From the NCBI GenBank assembly GCA_016871595.1, contig VHCY01000001.1, positions 6,870-70,869 of the forward strand: a DNA stretch of 64,000 nt, in the 5' to 3' direction. Numbering within the stretch: position 1 is the first letter of the stretch; every line of letters starts with the position of its first letter. Shown piece after piece: positions 59,052 to 64,000 of the stretch. A model generated the notes under the pieces. The model was not told where the DNA came from. It searched no databases and was given only the letters and a program-made list of their open reading frames with translations. A program made the position numbers and the translations under genes. Source of the stretch: Verrucomicrobiota bacterium. Its GTDB lineage: Bacteria > Verrucomicrobiota > Verrucomicrobiia > Opitutales > Opitutaceae.

Positions 59052-60098
59052 ATGCCCCTGCTTGCTGAACTGACTCCCGAGGTGGCCGCCGGGCGGGAAC
59101 TGACCGCGGCGGAAGTGCAACGGATCGCGGGCGCGCTCGCGGGCCCCGAGGAGACGGAGGCTGACAAGGGCGCGTTCCTCACCGCTCTGGCGCGGCGCGG
59201 CGAGACGCCCGCCGAGGTGGCGGCCTTCGCGGTGGCCTTCCGCGACCGGGCCCGGGATCCCGGGCTCGGCGAATGGTCCGGACGGGCGATCGACATCGTC
59301 GGCACCGGCGGGGACCACTCCGGCGGCTTCAACGTCTCCAGCGTGGTGGTGCTGGTGCTCGCGAGTGCGGGCGTGCCCGTGATCAAGCACGGCAATCGCG
59401 GCATCACCTCCCGCTGCGGTAGCGCGGACCTGCTGGCGGGCCTTGGGGTGGACATCGAGGCCGGGGAAGAACGCCTGCGCGGTGCCCTGCGTGAACTCGG
59501 TTTCGCTTTCCTCTTCGCCCCCGCCTACCATCCGGCCTTCCGCCTGATTGCCCCCGTGCGCCGCGCGCTCGCGCAACAGGGCCAGCGCACCGTGTTCAAC
59601 ATCCTTGGCCCGCTCATCAACCCGGTACGCCCGGCCCACGCGCTCGTCGGCACCTTCTCGCCCGGGCTGGTGCCGGTACTGGCCGGCGCGCTCGATGCCC
59701 TTGGCACCCGCGCGGGACTGGTCGTCCACGGCACCATCGAGCCGGGCCGGGGCATCGACGAGCTCACGACCGCCACCGAGAATCTGGTCCGCGGCGTGGG
59801 CGCGCGGCGGGAGGTGGCCGGCAACTGGCGCGCGGCGGATTTTGGCCTGGCGCCCGCGCCCTTTGCCGACCTTGCGGGCGGGGACCTCGCGGAGAACCTG
59901 GCCCGCGTGGAGAGTTTACTGGCGGGCCAGGCGCCCCGGGGTCTGGAGGATACGGTGGTTCTCAATGCCGCCACCGGCCTCTGGCTCACCGGACGGGTGG
60001 AAACCGTACGCGCGGGGCTGGAGCCCGCCCGGGACCTGCTGCGGGGCGGGGCGGTCCAGCGCAAGCTCGCGGCGGTCCGCGAGTTCTTCCGCGCGTGA
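59052..60098 (+). CDS. trpD: Anthranilate phosphoribosyltransferase
   Basis: GETPAE, DIVGTGGD, FNVSS, KHGNR, GSADLL, RTVFNILGPLINP, GIDEL. Confidence 0.96.
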   Translation: MPLLAELTPEVAAGRELTAAEVQRIAGALAGPEETEADKGAFLTALARRGETPAEVAAFAVAFRDRARDPGLGEWSGRAIDIVGTGGDHSGGFNVSSVVVLVLASAGVPVIKHGNRGITSRCGSADLLAGLGVDIEAGEERLRGALRELGFAFLFAPAYHPAFRLIAPVRRALAQQGQRTVFNILGPLINPVRPAHALVGTFSPGLVPVLAGALDALGTRAGLVVHGTIEPGRGIDELTTATENLVRGVGARREVAGNWRAADFGLAPAPFADLAGGDLAENLARVESLLAGQAPRGLEDTVVLNAATGLWLTGRVETVRAGLEPARDLLRGGAVQRKLAAVREFFRA

Positions 60099-61435
60099 GT
60101 CGGCGCTACTTCGGTACGGACGGGGTCCGCGGGCCCTATGGCGGCCCCGTGATGAACGAGGCCTTTGCCTTCCGCCTCGGCTGGTCCGCCGCCACTTGGT
60201 CCCTTGCGGCCGATGCGCCCGGCGAAGTGTTGCTCGGACGTGATCCCCGGGCCTCCGGTCCGTCGCTGCTGGCCGCGGTCGCCGCCGGGATCACCGCCGC
60301 GGGCCTGCGGCCGGTTTCCTTGGGCGTCCTGCCCACGCCGGCGGTCGCCCGCGCGGTCCAGACCCGCGGCGCCGCCCTCGGAGTCGTGCTCACGGCCTCC
60401 CACAATCCCTCCAGTGATAACGGGATCAAGTTCTTCACCCGCGGGGGACGGAAGCTCACGGACGCCGACGAGGCCGCGATCGAGGAACGTCTGCCAGCCG
60501 CGCCCGCGCCGCAGGCCTTCCCCGAGCCCGCGGAGAGCCCCGCGGCGCAAGCGTATCGTGACTGGGCCGCGACGCTTCTCCCGGCAGGTGCCCTCGCCGG
60601 GTGGCGACTGGTCGTGGATTGCGCGCACGGTGCCACGGCGGAAACGACCCCCGCGGTGCTGCGCCAGCTCGGCGCCGAGGTGATCCCCCTCGGCATCGCG
60701 CCGGACGGCACCAATATCAACGCCGGGGTGGGCAGCGAGCACCCGGGAACAATGCGGGCCACGGTCCAATCCACCCGAGCACACCTCGGGCTGGCCCACG
60801 ATGGAGATGGTGATCGACTCGTCCTCGCTGATGAAACCGGGACCCTGCTCGATGGGGACGATCTTCTCACGTTGCTCGCCCTCGACGCGCTCGACCGCGA
60901 GGCGCTCCCGGGGCGCACGCTGGTGGTCACGGAACAGAGCAACCTCGGGGTCGACGCCGCGATCGCCCGCCGCGGCGGCCGGGTCCTGCGGACCGCGACC
61001 GGGGACCGTCAGGTCATTGCGCGGATGCGGGCGGAAGGAGCCACGCTCGGCGGCGAGACCTCCGGGCATATCGTCTGCGGGGACCTCTCGCCCACGGGCG
61101 ATGGCTTGGTCGCGGCGCTGCGCGTTTTGGAAGTGATGCGGCGCCGGGGTGAGCCCCTGTCCCAACTGCGGCGGCAATGGGAGCGTTTCCCGCAACGGAC
61201 CGCGGCGATCCGGGTCCGGGCGCGGCCCCCGCTGGCCAATCTGCCCGTCCTTTCCGCGGCGATCGCGACCCTCGAAGCCAGCCTGGCCGGGCGCGGCCGG
61301 ATTCTGGTTCGCTATTCGGGCACTGAGCCTTTGCTGCGTCTGCTCGTGGAGGGGCCTGCGGATGCGGACGTGGCCGCCGGCTTGGGGCAGCTGGCCGCGG
61401 CGGTGCGGGCCGAGGGGATCGCGGCGGACGATTAG
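60095..61435 (+). CDS. glmM: Phosphoglucosamine mutase
   Basis: YFGTDGVRG, TASHNP..DNGIKF, DGDGDR, GGETSGH, RYSGTEP. Confidence 0.93.
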   Translation: MSRRYFGTDGVRGPYGGPVMNEAFAFRLGWSAATWSLAADAPGEVLLGRDPRASGPSLLAAVAAGITAAGLRPVSLGVLPTPAVARAVQTRGAALGVVLTASHNPSSDNGIKFFTRGGRKLTDADEAAIEERLPAAPAPQAFPEPAESPAAQAYRDWAATLLPAGALAGWRLVVDCAHGATAETTPAVLRQLGAEVIPLGIAPDGTNINAGVGSEHPGTMRATVQSTRAHLGLAHDGDGDRLVLADETGTLLDGDDLLTLLALDALDREALPGRTLVVTEQSNLGVDAAIARRGGRVLRTATGDRQVIARMRAEGATLGGETSGHIVCGDLSPTGDGLVAALRVLEVMRRRGEPLSQLRRQWERFPQRTAAIRVRARPPLANLPVLSAAIATLEASLAGRGRILVRYSGTEPLLRLLVEGPADADVAAGLGQLAAAVRAEGIAADD

Positions 61436-61527
61436 GGACCGAAAAGGTTACAGCTGCCGGACAGTGAGTGTGTTAGGCCGACTCTGACGTTGACCGCCGC
61501 CGATCCCGCGCCCTTGGTTCTAGGCGT

Positions 61528-62925
61528 ATGCCCGAGATTCCCGTCGCTTCCCTGGATCCCCGACATCAGAAGCTGATCGAGAACGCGCGGATCGCGCTGG
61601 ATCGGGGCAACCTCGAATACGTGATCGAGGTCACTGAGCAGGTGCTGCGGATGCAGCCCGGGTGCCTGCCGGTCCGGAAGCTCCGCCGGGTGGCCCAACT
61701 CCGCGCGCATCGCGGCAAGGGCGGCTGCTTCGTCGGGCGCGCCCTCTCCGGCCTCTCCGCGGCCCCCGTGCTGCTGACCGCGGCCAAAAAGGAACCCGCC
61801 CAGATGCTCGAGGCGGCCGAGGGTCTGCTGGAAAAGGATCCGACCAGCGTCGGCGCCCTCAAGTTGCTCGCCGAGGCGGCCAGGGGCCTGAACTTGCCGG
61901 AGACGGTGGCCTTCGCCCTCGAAGCCGTCCGGGAGCAGGAACCGGCCAACCGCGCCAACCTGCTATCCCTCGCCGAAGCCTGGCTTGCCGCCGGCAAGCC
62001 CGCCGAGGCCCTCAAGGTGGCCGATGACATCCTCCGCGACCGCCCGGCCGATGCCGAGGCCCAGAACCTGATGCGCAAGGCCTCCGTCGCCCAGACGGTC
62101 GGCAAGCAGAAGTGGGACGATCAAACCTCGTTCCGGGACAAGCTGCGCGACGAGGCCCAGGCCGTCTCGCTGGAGCAGGCGGCGAAGGTCGTGACCGGCG
62201 ACACGATGGGCAACCGGCTGCTGGAGGAGGCCCTCGCGCGGGTCGCCAAGGAGCCCAACAATCTGAACCACTACCGCACGGTGGCGCAGGCCTACCGGCA
62301 GATGGGCAACCTCGACGAGTCGCTCGCGTGGGTCCGCAAGGCGCGGGAGCAGCCGGCCGGCCGGGCCGACGCCGCGCTCGAGAAGCAGGAATCCGAACTG
62401 GCGACCGCGGTGATCGAGCAGCACACGAAGGCCGCCGAGGCCGCCGTGGCCGCCGCCCCCGGCGACGCCGCCGCCCAGGCCCGCCTCGAGGCGGCCCGCA
62501 AGGAGCTTGCGGACTTCAAGCTCACCGAGGCCCGGCGCTACGTGGAGCGCTACCCGAACGACTATCCGGCCCGCTTCGCGCTCGGCGGGCTGCTGCTCGA
62601 ATCCGGCCAGGTCGATGCCGCCATCGCCCAGTTCCAGCAGTCGCAGAAGGGGCCCGCCGTCCGGGTCAACTCGCTCGTCGGGCTCGGCCGCTGCTTCAAG
62701 ACGAAGCGCCTCTTTGACCTTGCCGTCACCCAGCTCACGCTCGCCAAGAACGAGCTCACGACGATGGATGACGCCAAGAAGGAGGTCATTTATGAGCTGG
62801 GGGCCTGCTACGAGGCGATGGGCAAGGCGGACCTCGCCATCGAGGAATACAAGGTGATCTACAGCGAGGACATCGGCTTCCGGGACGTCGCGGACAAGAT
62901 CAACGCCTTCTACGCGAAGGCCTGA
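61528..62925 (+). CDS. Tetratricopeptide-repeat protein
   Basis: All-helical with TPR-like units (FALGGLLLESGQVDAAIAQFQ, YELGACYEAMGK..AIEEY), ends DIGFRDV. Confidence 0.85.
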   Translation: MPEIPVASLDPRHQKLIENARIALDRGNLEYVIEVTEQVLRMQPGCLPVRKLRRVAQLRAHRGKGGCFVGRALSGLSAAPVLLTAAKKEPAQMLEAAEGLLEKDPTSVGALKLLAEAARGLNLPETVAFALEAVREQEPANRANLLSLAEAWLAAGKPAEALKVADDILRDRPADAEAQNLMRKASVAQTVGKQKWDDQTSFRDKLRDEAQAVSLEQAAKVVTGDTMGNRLLEEALARVAKEPNNLNHYRTVAQAYRQMGNLDESLAWVRKAREQPAGRADAALEKQESELATAVIEQHTKAAEAAVAAAPGDAAAQARLEAARKELADFKLTEARRYVERYPNDYPARFALGGLLLESGQVDAAIAQFQQSQKGPAVRVNSLVGLGRCFKTKRLFDLAVTQLTLAKNELTTMDDAKKEVIYELGACYEAMGKADLAIEEYKVIYSEDIGFRDVADKINAFYAKA

Positions 62926-62940
62926 GCCGCCCCACGAAAC

Positions 62941-63789
62941 TCATTGCGCCGGCGGGCGCCCCCGTTCCGCGAGCAGCACCGCCGCGGCCATCGCCAGCAG
63001 GCTCAGCAGCAGCGGCCCCGGCTCGGCATTTTCCCCAAAGAGCAGGAGAGACGCGGCCACGCCCAGAGGCACCTTGGCGTTGTTCATCACCGCGAGGGTG
63101 CCCGTGCCGCAGCGGCGGGCGCCCGCGTTCCAAAGGTAGAAGCCCAAGCCGGAGGCGACGAGCCCCAGGTAGGCTACCGTCAGGAGCTGGCCGCCGTCCA
63201 GCCGGGGCGGCACGGGTTGGCGGGCGATCAGGAGCAGCGCGGGCAGCATTCCGCCGCCATAGAGCAGCCCCATCGCCGCGTGGTCCGGCAGGGCGGGGCG
63301 GGCCCGGCTCCAGCCGCGATAGGCCAGCTGGCCGGCCGCAAACGCGAGGTTGGCCCCCTGCACCAGCAGGACCCCGCGCAGCGTCACCGCGAAATCCGCC
63401 GCCCGGTTCACCAGCAGGGCCGCGCCCGCGATCGCGAGCAGGGAGGCCCCCAACGCCCACGGCCGGAGGCGCCGCTCCCGCAGGTCCGCCAGCAGCGTCA
63501 CGAACAGCGGCGTGGTCAGCGTGAACAGCGCGACCTCGTGCGCCCGCAGGTGCCGGAAGCTCTCGAGGTACAGGACGTACATCACCCCGAACTGGAGCGC
63601 CCCGATGCCGGCGAGGGTCGCGGCGCCGCGGAACCCCAGCGCCCGTGGCCGCACGAAAGGCAGGAACACCAGCGCCGCCAGCCCGAGCCGAGCCGCGGTC
63701 ACCCAGGCGGGATCCACCCCCGCCAGGTGGCGCTTGATCAGCCCGAACGAGCAGGCCCAGATCAGCGAGGCAAGCAGCAGGGCCGGCAT
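62941..63789 (-). CDS. EamA/DMT-family transporter
   Basis: LIWACSFGLIK, about 10 TM helices, YLGLVASGLGFYLWN.G, FGE. Confidence 0.9.
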   Translation of the reverse strand: MPALLLASLIWACSFGLIKRHLAGVDPAWVTAARLGLAALVFLPFVRPRALGFRGAATLAGIGALQFGVMYVLYLESFRHLRAHEVALFTLTTPLFVTLLADLRERRLRPWALGASLLAIAGAALLVNRAADFAVTLRGVLLVQGANLAFAAGQLAYRGWSRARPALPDHAAMGLLYGGGMLPALLLIARQPVPPRLDGGQLLTVAYLGLVASGLGFYLWNAGARRCGTGTLAVMNNAKVPLGVAASLLLFGENAEPGPLLLSLLAMAAAVLLAERGRPPAQ

Positions 63790-63796
63790 CGGCGGT

Positions 63797-64000
63797 TCAG
63801 ACGCGGAAGAGGGCGCCCAGGCGACGCCCCAGCAGCAGCGAAAGTCCCGCGATGGTCACCCCAAGGAAAACCATCGCCCAGACGCCCAGCGCGCTGGCGA
63901 TGAACTTTCCATCCCCCAGCAGTTGGAACAGTTCGAGGATCGCCTTGGTGATGGGATAATAGGCCTGCTTCTGCGCCAGGATGAGCGAATCACTGACCTC
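63797..64000 (-). CDS. Partial CDS (3' end), probable ABC transporter permease (iron-type)
   Basis: Open frame from the window edge: EVSDSLILAQKQAYYPITKAILELFQLLGDGKFIASALGVWAMVFLGVTIAGLSLLLGRRLGALFRV*; terminal TM helix. Confidence 0.6.
   Translation of the reverse strand, partial: EVSDSLILAQKQAYYPITKAILELFQLLGDGKFIASALGVWAMVFLGVTIAGLSLLLGRRLGALFRV

Noticed and set aside
63781-63840. Possible frameshift fusing the edge permease to the EamA gene
   Set aside because: The frame reads LLLGRRLGALFRV and ends at TGA 63799-63797; the two genes are separate.

Overview
High-GC bacterial chromosomal segment, densely coding (about 60 CDS, 1 tRNA). Gene content and order suggest Verrucomicrobiota, probably Opitutaceae (inference from the PSD1/DUF1553-DUF1501 pair, two sulfatases, monomeric Icd, FabV and the rplY-pth-rpsF-ssb-rplI-dnaB-bamA-skp-lpxD-prs-degP cluster). 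It is mostly core housekeeping (mutS, ffh, der, icd, dnaB, bamA, recR, dxs, trpD, glmM). I found no transposase, integrase, prophage or CRISPR array. The unusual signals are small: (1) a tRNA-Gly(CCC) with an A73 discriminator instead of the usual bacterial U73, in a window that also encodes Dtd; (2) a near-consensus sigma-54 promoter with two phased palindromic upstream sites driving an unknown 65-aa ORF; (3) a symmetric 165-bp rod-like element between der and a beta/gamma-crystallin-DUF4214 gene; (4) a secreted 7-Cys micro-protein behind the tRNA; (5) an H-NS-like basic HTH protein; (6) an antitoxin whose coupled ParE-like toxin has decayed; (7) candidate structured leaders at rplY and rplI. 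Product calls come from motif recognition by eye; no searches were run.
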